Shown: positions 48,440-57,539 of the stretch, piece by piece
How the letters are laid out: each line of letters opens with the position of its first letter
Numbering within the stretch: the stretch's first letter is position 1
NCBI GenBank assembly: GCA_038060895.1
Contig: JBBTCT010000024.1
Coordinates: forward strand, 32,001-96,000
From: Planctomycetota bacterium
Lineage (GTDB): Bacteria > Planctomycetota > MHYJ01 > WSZJ01
Direction: 5' to 3'
DNA: 64,000 bases
Program-made: the position numbers and the translations under genes
The notes under the pieces: model-generated
What the model was told of the DNA's origin: nothing
Seen by the model: the letters and a program-made list of their open reading frames with translations, nothing else
Databases searched by the model: none

Positions 48440-48691
48440 CTACCGGAACAGTCGCGGGATCAACTGCACCCCCGCCATGAGCGCGCACACGACGAGCGCC
48501 AGCGCCGCAGCAATCCACATCCAGGCAGGCCAGCCCGCCCGCGGCGCATCTTCCGCCGACGGGTAATTCCCGCACGCCGGACACCGCTCCGCATCGTCGT
48601 AGATGTCGGCGCGGCAGTGGGGACAAGGCGCGGTCGTGCCGCTGTCGCTCGAATCCTCGCCCTCCGATCCGTCCTCGTCATCCCATGCCAT
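48440..48691 (-). CDS. Small zinc-ribbon membrane protein
   Basis: CPHC…IYDDAERCPAC and a C-terminal TM helix. Confidence 0.75.
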   Translation of the reverse strand: MAWDDEDGSEGEDSSDSGTTAPCPHCRADIYDDAERCPACGNYPSAEDAPRAGWPAWMWIAAALALVVCALMAGVQLIPRLFR

Positions 48692-48779
48692 CCCGGGACT
48701 TTAAGAGAGCGAGAGGGATCCGTCGCGGGTCAGCCAGCGTAGGCCGGCGAGTCCCGGTATCCAAGGGCCGTTTTCCAGG

Positions 48780-48887
48780 GCGCGAGAAAAATCCTGCGGG
48801 TCGGGCGGAGTCGGCCCGCTCAACCGGGACCCTGCAATTCACCCTCACCGGGCCGACGCAGCCTGACCCGCAGGATTTTTCTCGCGC
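48780..48887. repeat. Palindromic element with conserved core (copy 2, opposite orientation)
   Basis: 23-bp perfect outer arms; core matches 38817-38882. Confidence 0.88.
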
Positions 48888-48888
48888 T

Positions 48889-50631
48889 CTAGGCGAGCAT
48901 CTGCAACTCGCACAGCCGCCGGTACAGGCCGCCCTTCGCGAGAAGCTCCTCGTGCCTTCCCTGCTCGGCCACCCGGCCGGCCTCCAGAACCGCGACGCCC
49001 GTCGCCTTGCGCACCGTCGCCAGCCGGTGCGCGATGACGATCGTCGTGCGCCCCTGGAACAGCCGCTCGAACGCCTTCTGCACCAGCGACTCCGACTCCG
49101 CGTCCAGGGCGCTCGTCGCTTCGTCCAGCAGCACGATCACTGGATCCTTCAGGAACACCCGCGCAATCGCGATGCGCTGCCGCTCCCCCGCCGAAAGGCG
49201 CACCCCGCGCTCTCCAACGATCGTCTCGTACCCCTTCGGCAGCTTCGCCACAAATTCCGCCGCATGCGCCGCTTCAGCCGCCGCTTTCACTTCCGCCTCC
49301 GTCGCGCCCGGCTTGCCGTAACGGATGTTCTCCGCGACGGTGCCGCCGAAAAGAAAGACGTCCTGGGGAACGAAACCGATCGCCGCACGCAGGTCGGCGA
49401 CCTTGAGGGACCGGATGTCCTGCCCGTCAACCATGACCGCGCCGGAGATCGGATCATGGAAGCGAAGCAGAAGAGAGGCCAGGGTGGTCTTCCCGGCGCC
49501 GGAGGGGCCGACCAGCGCGAGCATCTCGCCGGATGCGACGGCGAGCGTGACTCCATCCAGGGCGGGGCGGTCCGCGGAAGGATACTGGAAGCGGACGGCG
49601 TTGAAACTCACCTCCCCCTTCGAGTGAGCCAGCGGTTTCGCGTCGGGCGCATCGGCAACCGCCGGGGTCGTATTGAGGATCTCGCGGATTCGAATCGTCG
49701 CGCCGCCTGCGGCGGCCAGCCTGCCGTAGAGGGACGTCAGCGAGCCGACTGACGTCGCGACGGCGACGGTATAAAGAAGAAACGAGGCCAGCTGCCCGTG
49801 GGAAAGGCGGTCCTGCGCCGCGAGGCGCAGTCCGTACCAGACGACCAGGCCGATGGCGCACCCGGCCAGCAGTTGCACGAGCGAATGAAAAAGACCCCAC
49901 GCGACGGCGCTCTTCATCTGGATCCCGAACAGCAACCGCAGTTTTTCGCCGTACCGCGAGCGCTCTTCCGGCTCCCGGGCGAACGACTGCACCGTGCGGA
50001 TCCCGGAGAGCGCTTCCTCCGCCGCGACGTTGGTCTCGGCGAGCAGGTCCTGTTCGCGTTCGGAGACCTTTTCGATGCGCCGTGCGAAGAGGACGGCGGC
50101 GGCGATGATGGGGGGAACGGCGGCGAGCATGATGCCGGTGAGCCGCAGGTGGACGGAGAGGAGGATCGCGAGGGCGCCGGCTAGAATCAAGGAGCGCTGG
50201 AGGCCGTTCACGAGATCGCGGGTCAGGACGCCGCCGAGGATGCCGACATCGGTGTTCAACCGGGAGAGCAGTTCGCCGGTCCGTCGCGCGTCGTAGAACG
50301 CCGGCGTGAGAGTCAGCAGATGTGCCTGGAGCCGGCCGCGAAGGTCGCGCAGCATGCGTGCCGCGGCCGACTGGATGAGCCAGGATTCCAGGAAGTCGAG
50401 CGACGCGGAAACGGCGAAGAGGCCCACGAAGACGAGCGCGAACGAATTCAGTCCGCCGATCGATTTCGAGACGAACGCGACGTCGATCGACTGGCCGACG
50501 AGGTAGGGGAAGACGAGATTCAGCCCGCTGGAAGCGCAGAGCGAGACCGCCGCGACGGCGAGGCGGACGGAGTAGGGGCGGACGAGGGAAGCGAACCAGC
50601 GCCCATTGCGGGTCGGAGGAGACGCGGACAC
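48889..50631 (-). CDS. ABC exporter, fused permease/ATPase (MsbA-like)
   Basis: TM domain; GPSGAGKT, LSAGERQR, LLDEATSALD, IAHRL. Confidence 0.93.
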   Translation of the reverse strand: MSASPPTRNGRWFASLVRPYSVRLAVAAVSLCASSGLNLVFPYLVGQSIDVAFVSKSIGGLNSFALVFVGLFAVSASLDFLESWLIQSAAARMLRDLRGRLQAHLLTLTPAFYDARRTGELLSRLNTDVGILGGVLTRDLVNGLQRSLILAGALAILLSVHLRLTGIMLAAVPPIIAAAVLFARRIEKVSEREQDLLAETNVAAEEALSGIRTVQSFAREPEERSRYGEKLRLLFGIQMKSAVAWGLFHSLVQLLAGCAIGLVVWYGLRLAAQDRLSHGQLASFLLYTVAVATSVGSLTSLYGRLAAAGGATIRIREILNTTPAVADAPDAKPLAHSKGEVSFNAVRFQYPSADRPALDGVTLAVASGEMLALVGPSGAGKTTLASLLLRFHDPISGAVMVDGQDIRSLKVADLRAAIGFVPQDVFLFGGTVAENIRYGKPGATEAEVKAAAEAAHAAEFVAKLPKGYETIVGERGVRLSAGERQRIAIARVFLKDPVIVLLDEATSALDAESESLVQKAFERLFQGRTTIVIAHRLATVRKATGVAVLEAGRVAEQGRHEELLAKGGLYRRLCELQMLA

Positions 50632-50678
50632 CGAGCGAGGGTACTGCGAATTCGGCCGTCACTGCTACTCTTGGGCGC

Positions 50679-53573
50679 ATGTGGGAGACCAACCTCGCCC
50701 TCGCCCGCGCGGCGCTCTCGCGCGGCCTCGCCCTCGCCCGCGACCTCGAAATGCTCGCGCCGCTCTGGCTCGGCCCCGAGCCGCGCGACGTAGTCTCGCT
50801 CCTGCTCGACCACGGGCTCATCACCGCGGCCGCCGCCGACTCCCTCCGCCGGGATGTTTCCGCCTCCGCGGCAACCCTCATCACCCCCACGCCCCCCTCC
50901 GCCCTCGACGCCACTCGCGTCGCTTCAAGCCGCCCCGGCGCCGGCACACCACCCGCGCCCCCGCTCTCCCCCGCTCCCGCCGATCGCTACGAACTCGGAA
51001 AACTGATCGGAAGCGGCGGCCTGGGGCGCGTCGTCGAAACCACGGACCGCGAGATCGGCCGGACGGTCGCGCTCAAGCTCGCCCACACCGGCGCCCCCGC
51101 CCACGTCCTGGAGCGCTTCCGGTCGGAAGCCCGCATCACCGGCCGCCTGGAGCACCCCAACATCGTGCCGGTGCACGAAATGGGCGTGCTGCCCGGGACG
51201 CGCGAGGTTTTCTTCTGCATGAAGCGGATCGCGGGCCGGGACATGCAGCAGGTCATCCGCGAACGAAAATGGCGTCTGCGGCGGCTGGTGGAGGCGTTCC
51301 GGGACGTCTGCCGCGCCGTCGCGTACGCGCACTCGCGCGGCGTGATCCACCGCGACCTCAAGCCCGCCAACGTGATGCTCGGCGACTTCGGCGAAACGCT
51401 CGTCGTTGACTGGGGACTTGCAAAGGAGCGCGGCACGGCGGAGACCGGCGGAGCGGCGGTGTCGGGAAGCGGCTCGAGTTCGGACAACATGCGCCAGAGC
51501 GGATCCTCGCTCACGGTCGCGGGCGACGTCCTCGGCACGCCGTCGTACATGCCGCCCGAGCAGGCCCGCGGGAAAATCGAAGAAATCGACGAGCGGTCGG
51601 ACGTCTACTCGCTCGGAGCGATCCTCTACGAAATCCTCACCGGCAAACCCCCGTTCAGCGGCAAGTCCCACCTCGAGACGCTGCTCTCCGTCATCGAGGA
51701 CCCCGTCATTCCGCCCGCGGGCGCACCTCCCGAGCTCGTTTCCGTCTGCCTGCGCGCCCTCTCGAAAAAAAAACACGATCGCTTCGGTTCGGCGGCGGAC
51801 ATGGAAGAAGCGGTGGAAGCGTGGCTGGAAGGAACGCTCGAGCGCGAGCGGCGCGAGCGGCTGGCGGAGGAGCAGTACGGGGAAGCGCAGAAGGCATTCG
51901 AGTCCTGGCGCCGCCTCCGCGGCGAAGGGCGCATGGCCTCCGCCGTGGCCCGCCAGGCCCGTGAAGAAATGAAACCGTCGGCCGCGCGCGAGGAGAAACG
52001 CGGCGTCTGGGAAGCGGAGGACCGCGTGAAGGCGCTGGAAGCGGAGTCGATCGAGGCTTTCAGCGCCGCGAGCGCGGCCCTGGCCTCGGCGCTCGGAAAC
52101 GCCCCCTCTCACCCCGGGGCGCGGCGGCTGCGCGCCGAGCTTCACTGGGAGCGGTTCCTGGAATCAGAGGAAAGTGGCGACGAGAAGAACGCGCTCCTCA
52201 ACCGCCGCCTCTCGGAGCGCTTCAATGACGGCAGCCTGGACGCGGCCCTGCGCGGCGAAGGCGTCCTCGCCGTGGCAGCGCGCGCCTGGCCGTGCGCGTG
52301 CCTGGTGGAGGGACGGGAAGTCCGCCCCGAGGAACTGGACGTCCTCGGCACGCACCCCTGGAGCGGCCGATGGAGAGCGGAACCCGCCGACGACCGGGGG
52401 CGCTCGCTCGAACCCGAGGGACCGCTTCGGCTGAAAGTCCATGCGCGCGCGTGCCTTCCGGGAGCGGTCGAGGGGGCGGACGTCTGGGCGTTCCGGTACG
52501 AAGAACGGGACCGCGTGCTCGTGCCGGTGACGCCCGCAGGTGCCTCAGGCCCGCCAGTCCCCGCGTCCGTCCTGGACCGGCTCTTCCCGGATTCGCCCTA
52601 CCGGCCCTCCGGCACGGGCCTTCATCTCGGGAAGACTCCGGTCGCGCCGCGCGCCTGGCCGATGGGGTCCTGGCTCCTCGTGCTCGCGCAAGCAGGATTC
52701 GAGCCGGCGCGCTTCCCCGTCCTCGTCCAGCGGCAGGAAAGCGTCGGCGCGGCGGTGACGCTCTTCCGTCCCGGCGAAATCCCCGGGGGCTTTCTGCCCG
52801 TGCGCTCGGGACCCTTCCGGTTCCAGGGCGATCCGGGGAATCCGTACACGGAGCCGGCGGAAGCGCGCTTCCTGGACGATGTTTTTATTTCGCGCTTCCC
52901 TACGACCTGCCTCGAGTACGCGGAATTCCTGGGAGAGCTGGCGAAGGAGAATCTCGCGGAATCGGAGAGGCGGGCGCCGCGCGAGTCCACGGGGGCTTCG
53001 GCGTCGTGGGCGTTCGATGGGAAGGGGTTCCCGGTGCCGACGGCAGAGTGGCGGAAGACGGCGCCGGCGGAGCTGTCGGCGCGCGCGAAGCCGTTGTCGT
53101 ACGCGGCGCTGGAGTGGCTGGAGGACTGGCCCGTGTTCGGGCTCGACTGGCACGACGCGGCGGCGTATGCGCGGTGGCGGGCGAGACGGGAAGGGCGGCT
53201 GGTGTGCCTGCCGCACGAGGTGTGGTGGGAGAAAGCGGCGCGGGGGCCGGACCGGCGGGCGTTTCCGTGGGGGAATGTGTCCGACCCGGCGTTTTCGAAC
53301 ACGCAGCTGTCGCAGCCGGTCTCGATCCGGCCGGCGAGGGTGACGGAGTTCCCGCTGGACGAGTCGCCGTACGGGGTGAGGGGGATGGGAGGAAACATCC
53401 AGCAGTGGGCGCTGAACGAGAACGTGAAGGCGGGGCGGCGGTGGCAGATGATCCGCGGCGTCTCGTGGCCGCAGTCGCACGCGCAGGCGAGGTCGAGTTA
53501 CCGGACGGCGGCGACGAAGGACTACGTGAATTTTACGGTGGGGGTGAGGCTGGCGGCGGTGGTAAGGCTGTAG
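50679..53573 (+). CDS. Hanks-type Ser/Thr kinase with C-terminal FGE-sulfatase-like domain
   Basis: GSGGLG, VALK, HRDLKPAN, DWG, GTPSYMPPE; WEKAARG, FPWG, SPYGVRGMGGN. Confidence 0.9.
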   Translation: MWETNLALARAALSRGLALARDLEMLAPLWLGPEPRDVVSLLLDHGLITAAAADSLRRDVSASAATLITPTPPSALDATRVASSRPGAGTPPAPPLSPAPADRYELGKLIGSGGLGRVVETTDREIGRTVALKLAHTGAPAHVLERFRSEARITGRLEHPNIVPVHEMGVLPGTREVFFCMKRIAGRDMQQVIRERKWRLRRLVEAFRDVCRAVAYAHSRGVIHRDLKPANVMLGDFGETLVVDWGLAKERGTAETGGAAVSGSGSSSDNMRQSGSSLTVAGDVLGTPSYMPPEQARGKIEEIDERSDVYSLGAILYEILTGKPPFSGKSHLETLLSVIEDPVIPPAGAPPELVSVCLRALSKKKHDRFGSAADMEEAVEAWLEGTLERERRERLAEEQYGEAQKAFESWRRLRGEGRMASAVARQAREEMKPSAAREEKRGVWEAEDRVKALEAESIEAFSAASAALASALGNAPSHPGARRLRAELHWERFLESEESGDEKNALLNRRLSERFNDGSLDAALRGEGVLAVAARAWPCACLVEGREVRPEELDVLGTHPWSGRWRAEPADDRGRSLEPEGPLRLKVHARACLPGAVEGADVWAFRYEERDRVLVPVTPAGASGPPVPASVLDRLFPDSPYRPSGTGLHLGKTPVAPRAWPMGSWLLVLAQAGFEPARFPVLVQRQESVGAAVTLFRPGEIPGGFLPVRSGPFRFQGDPGNPYTEPAEARFLDDVFISRFPTTCLEYAEFLGELAKENLAESERRAPRESTGASASWAFDGKGFPVPTAEWRKTAPAELSARAKPLSYAALEWLEDWPVFGLDWHDAAAYARWRARREGRLVCLPHEVWWEKAARGPDRRAFPWGNVSDPAFSNTQLSQPVSIRPARVTEFPLDESPYGVRGMGGNIQQWALNENVKAGRRWQMIRGVSWPQSHAQARSSYRTAATKDYVNFTVGVRLAAVVRL

Positions 53574-53585
53574 AGGCTGCGGAGG

Positions 53586-54035
53586 CTAACGGATTTGGGC
53601 CATCGGGATGCCGTCGTCGGAGGTGCATCGCGGCACGTGCACGTTGCGAAGTTCTTCGATGACGTCGTCCTCGGCCTTCAGCCCGAGCAACCCGGAGAGC
53701 CTCTTCCGCTGGCTCCCTACGACCGCGAAGAGCCCTCTTGCGAGCGGCATCAGTGCGGGCGTCGAAAGCCGTTCGGCCCACTCCCGGTATTCGACGAGCG
53801 CCCAGAGCGAAATGAGCCACGCCTTGGTCCCTTTCCAGACCTCGCCCGTGTCCGCGACCACGGTGAGTTCTTCCGGCTGCTCCGGCAGCTCGAGACCGGG
53901 AAACTGCTTCGCGGACGCCGCCGACCGCGCGGGGACGAAATCCACCTCGACGAATTTCGGCTGGAGCCCGAGCCAGTGGCGGCAGGTCACGCAGAAGCCG
54001 CACTTCGCGTCGTAGAGCAGCGTGAGCCGGGTCAT
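53586..54035 (-). CDS. DCC1-like thiol-disulfide oxidoreductase (DUF393)
   Basis: LLYDAKCGFC motif. Confidence 0.85.
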   Translation of the reverse strand: MTRLTLLYDAKCGFCVTCRHWLGLQPKFVEVDFVPARSAASAKQFPGLELPEQPEELTVVADTGEVWKGTKAWLISLWALVEYREWAERLSTPALMPLARGLFAVVGSQRKRLSGLLGLKAEDDVIEELRNVHVPRCTSDDGIPMAQIR

Positions 54036-54096
54036 GGGAGTCGCTCCGAAGTCGGGCCGCCCGCCGGCGCGTGGCCGGCGGGCCTGGGCAGGACGT

Positions 54097-54507
54097 CTAC
54101 GCCACGCCGGGAGCCTTCGAATTCCGGATGGCGTCGGGTGCGACGGGCGGCGGTTGGTGCTTGAGCATCGCGCGGCGGCGCATGCGGCTGAAGACGTAAA
54201 TATTGAAGAAGTGCATGACGCCGAGGACGAGGAGGACGAGGCCGATGCGGGTGCTGAAGGATTCGATGGCGCCGACCAGGGTGTCGGGCTTGTCGCCGTA
54301 CTTGAGGGCGAGGCAGACGTAGCCGACGTTGATGAGGTAGAAGCCGACGACGAGGAGGTGATTGACGGAATCGGCGAGGGCTTCGTTCTGGAGGAACGAG
54401 TCGACGAGGAAGATACGGCCGTTCTTGTGGAGCGTGCGGGCGACCCAGATGGTGGTGGCGATGCTGGCGGTGAGATAGGCGAGGTAGGTCCAGGTGGTGG
54501 GGTTCAT
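54097..54507 (-). CDS. Conserved three-TM membrane protein
   Basis: WVARTLHKNG, LADSVNHLLVVGFYLIN, LGVMHFFN; GGAGG RBS. Confidence 0.75.
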   Translation of the reverse strand: MNPTTWTYLAYLTASIATTIWVARTLHKNGRIFLVDSFLQNEALADSVNHLLVVGFYLINVGYVCLALKYGDKPDTLVGAIESFSTRIGLVLLVLGVMHFFNIYVFSRMRRRAMLKHQPPPVAPDAIRNSKAPGVA

Positions 54508-54602
54508 GGCAGGCCCTCCGAAAGGGGTTGAAGGCGGAGGGAGGAAGTGCAAACGGGGGGCGAGAGCAGGGGGTGGGCGCTAAGTCCTGCACTTGTCAGA
54601 AG

Positions 54603-54620
54603 TTTCGGTTATTACAGAAA
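54603..54620. promoter_or_regulatory. Operator-like imperfect palindrome
   Basis: TTTCGGTTA-TTACAGAAA, 7 of 9 positions pair; AT-rich patch about 95 nt upstream of the 54507 start. Confidence 0.35.
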
Positions 54621-54820
54621 CAATCGACGGCTGCCGAAGTGCGGCAGTGGTGCTGGAGCGGCGCGGATCTGCCGCAGAAGGCGCCGGGCGTCGCCGTGAC
54701 GACAAATCGGGAGCTAGTGCGGGAAATCTGCGGTCAACGGATTGATTTCGAGAATTCGACATGTCTACGATGCCCCGTTCAAACTTCACCAGCCTTCTCC
54801 CCCAGCTTCGGAGCACCGTC

Positions 54821-55357
54821 ATGACAGCGGATACTTCGCTTGTTCCGGTCGAGCGAGTGGAGCGACGGATCCTTCTTCTGCGTGGAGGGCGGGTCATCCT
54901 CGACGCGGATCTGGCGGATCTCTATGGCGTCCCAACGAAACGCCTCAATGAGCAGGCCAAGCGAAACCACTCGAGATTTCCAGAGGACTTCATGTTCCGA
55001 CTGACTCGGAGGGAAGCGTCCGTCGTGAACCGGTCGCAAATTGCGACCGGTTCCCGGAAACATCGCGATCCCCGCTTCAGGCCGTTCGCCTTCACGGAGC
55101 ACGGGGCCATCATGGCGGCGAACGTCCTGAACAGCCCTCAAGCCGTCGCCGCCAGCGTGCTCGTCGTGCGGGCCTTCGTGCGTCTGCGGCACCTCACCGA
55201 GTCTCACCGCGAAATCGCGGCCAAGCTTCAGGAACTCGAGAAACGCGTCGGCGGGCACGGTGCAGCCATCCAGGAAATCGTCTCTGCAATCCGGCGGCTG
55301 ATGGATCCGCCGCGTGAACGACGGCGGAAGCGGATCGGCTTTCATCTGAAGCGCTGA
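54821..55357 (+). CDS. ORF6N-domain DNA-binding protein
   Basis: VILDADLADLYGV, RFPEDFMFRL, PFAFTEHG, VVRAFV. Confidence 0.9.
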   Translation: MTADTSLVPVERVERRILLLRGGRVILDADLADLYGVPTKRLNEQAKRNHSRFPEDFMFRLTRREASVVNRSQIATGSRKHRDPRFRPFAFTEHGAIMAANVLNSPQAVAASVLVVRAFVRLRHLTESHREIAAKLQELEKRVGGHGAAIQEIVSAIRRLMDPPRERRRKRIGFHLKR

Positions 55358-55506
55358 CGGCAAATTGACATTCCAATCTGCGCAGGGGTTGCACTTCGCC
55401 GCCGTCTGACGCACCCCGGGTGGATCGGGGGAGTCCCAGGCGGGTATTCAACCCCGACCCCCGCCGTTCCTATCCCGTTACTCATCGGCACTCTTGCCAT
55501 GGCGAA

Positions 55507-56310
55507 TCACTTCTTCTCCGGTTCCTCCGTAGCTTTCGTCTTCAACGCCGGCTTTGCGTCAGTCCCGAACGCCTTCAGAACCCTCGCGAATTTCCGCTCG
55601 CCGATCACACTGGCTCGTTTGAGGATCCCGCCGTTGGACGTCCATTTGCCCTCCCACGGTAAGTCCTTGTGGAAGATCATCGGGTTTCCGGCCTTGTCCA
55701 GTCGGCGGCGGAAGGGAATCTTGTCGCTCATCCAGAAAGTCTCCACCCGCTTCTTCTGGTCGCTGCCGGGGGTGTGTTCGAGCGTCCACTTCTCGCACTG
55801 GAATTTCTCCTCGCCCACCGTGACCTCTTCCTTCGCCGGAGAAACCGTGCAGGTGGCCCGCTCGGAAGCGCTCAGCCTGCGGTCTTCTTCCGGCGGAATC
55901 TTGGGTCCGGCAACCGGATTTCCTCCCCCCTGCGAGACCCCCATAATATGGCGTTCCGTCACTCGCAGCTTCCGGCCGACTTCGCCTGGCTTACCTGCGT
56001 ATCCCAACAGGACAAGGTTGGATGCCTTGGAAACCCCGAGCAACTGGACTTCTGCTTCGCGCTTTCCCGTGGCCTTGTCAATCCACGCGACGGACCTCTC
56101 AATCCAGACCACGTTTTTTTCCACCTCGGTGCACGCAAGCCGGGAAGTGACGACGTCCATGGCGTCGGGATCGGCGTACTCAACCCAGTCACCCGCTTTG
56201 AGCGCGGCAACGTCGTATTCGTAAAACGCCGTCTCTTCGACTTCGGTTTGTTGAGCTGAAGCAGTGGCACCGGTAAGGAGCACCACCGCGAAGCAGGTGA
56301 CAGACTTCAT
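55507..56310 (-). CDS. Secreted hypothetical protein
   Basis: Signal peptide; AAGGAG RBS; KAGDWVEY and EEVTV…FQCEK beta-rich motifs. Confidence 0.65.
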   Translation of the reverse strand: MKSVTCFAVVLLTGATASAQQTEVEETAFYEYDVAALKAGDWVEYADPDAMDVVTSRLACTEVEKNVVWIERSVAWIDKATGKREAEVQLLGVSKASNLVLLGYAGKPGEVGRKLRVTERHIMGVSQGGGNPVAGPKIPPEEDRRLSASERATCTVSPAKEEVTVGEEKFQCEKWTLEHTPGSDQKKRVETFWMSDKIPFRRRLDKAGNPMIFHKDLPWEGKWTSNGGILKRASVIGERKFARVLKAFGTDAKPALKTKATEEPEKK

Positions 56311-56343
56311 GACGTGGCTCCTTTGATTGAACTCGGCTGGCTG

Positions 56344-57435
56344 CTACCAGCCCTTCATCAGTTCTTCCCGCCCCTTCGCGTCGTACACCTCCGGGAACTT
56401 CGCTCCCTTCTTCCCCGTCACCTTTCCCAGCGCTTCGTGCACCTTCTTCGCCAGGGTCACCGCCATCGGCTTCATCCACTTGTCCTCGGACGGCTCAGGG
56501 TACGCGTCCACCAGCGCCTTCCTCGCCGTTTCGCTCGCCCCCTTGTTCCTCTGCGCGATCTCCACGATCGCGTCCACGCTGATCCCCGTGAGCCCGTTGT
56601 TCGGCGCCGCTTTCGTCCCGGGCGCGAGGGCCGCAATCGAGGCCTCCCCTCCGCACTTGCCCAGCGCCTTCGCCGAGCGGCAGCGCACGACGTTCGGATT
56701 GCGCGACTCGCCGGGGTCCTTGAGAAGCACCTCGAGAGCGGGCGTCGCCTTCGGATCGGGGGCCGCGGAGAGGGCGTCGAGGACCTCGTATCGGAATGCG
56801 TCATTGGCCACGGCCAGCAGCTCCGTCGCGCGGGCGGCGATCATTGCGGGGCCCTGCTTCACGACGATGCGAAGCGCGAGCGTCTTCACGACGATGTCCA
56901 CGTCGCCAAGAAGTTTTTCCGACTTCTCCGCAGTCGGCGCCGCGTGCAGCTCCGCGGCCTTTTTCTCGGCTTCGCGCCACGCCGCAAGCCCCGCGCCTCC
57001 TTTGCCGCCCTTCGCGCTCTCGACGTTCGCCACGAAATCGTCGACCTCGCGCTCGGCCGCGCCCGTCACCTGAAGCGTCGCGGCGTCGAGGAACAGCAGC
57101 CCCGGCCAGCCGGTCACGCCGCAGCGGATCGAGATGCGTTCGGCCATGCGGTCGGCGTCGCTTCCCGTGAAATCGCGGTAGACCCAGACCCACTCGACCT
57201 TGTCGTAGACCGGCTTGAGTGCCGCGTTCGGGAGCAACTGCTCCTCAAGGACGACGCAGTGGGGTCAGTAGGTCTTGGTGAAGTAGAGGAACACGGGCTT
57301 GCCGGACTTTGAAGCGGCCTCCAGCGCGGCGCCGAAGTCCTTGGTCCAGGGAGCGCCGGGGGGAGGGTTGGACGAATCCGCGAGGGCCACGGAGGCGGCA
57401 ACAGCGAACACAAAAACGTATGGAGCGGCAATCAA
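56344..57435 (-). CDS. Putative selenoprotein: secreted thioredoxin-like (UxxC) domain plus HEAT repeats
   Basis: GGAGG RBS, TTG start at 57435, signal peptide, WTKDFGAALEAASKSGKPVFLYFTKTY-TGA-PHC in frame with ORF 56344-57237. Confidence 0.8.
57224..57257 (-). promoter_or_regulatory. Candidate bacterial SECIS hairpin
   Basis: GGAGC-AGTT-GCTCC upper stem, loop 25 nt after the UGA with G at loop position 2; lower stem GCGTCG/CGAACGC. Confidence 0.5.
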
Positions 57436-57471
57436 GGGCGCCTCCGCAAATAAAAACAGCCGCTGGCAAAG

Positions 57472-57539
57472 CGGCCGTTTTCACTTTTCGTTTTTCGTTT
57501 TTACTTTTTCGTTTTTCGTTTCGTTGTTGCCGTTCTTCC
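57472..57539. repeat. One-armed copy of the CGAAAAA heptamer element
   Basis: (TTTTTCG)n…TTTTCGTTTCGTTGTTGCCGTT identical to the right end of 45634-45792. Confidence 0.82.

Noticed and set aside
54821-55357. ORF6N gene as a prophage marker
   Set aside because: No integrase, structural or other phage genes around it; solitary ORF6N genes are common
55366-55495. TTGACA followed by a GC-rich, possibly structured 95-nt stretch between convergent genes
   Set aside because: No good -10 box and no recognisable tRNA, SRP, riboswitch or ribozyme motif; an Rfam search would be needed
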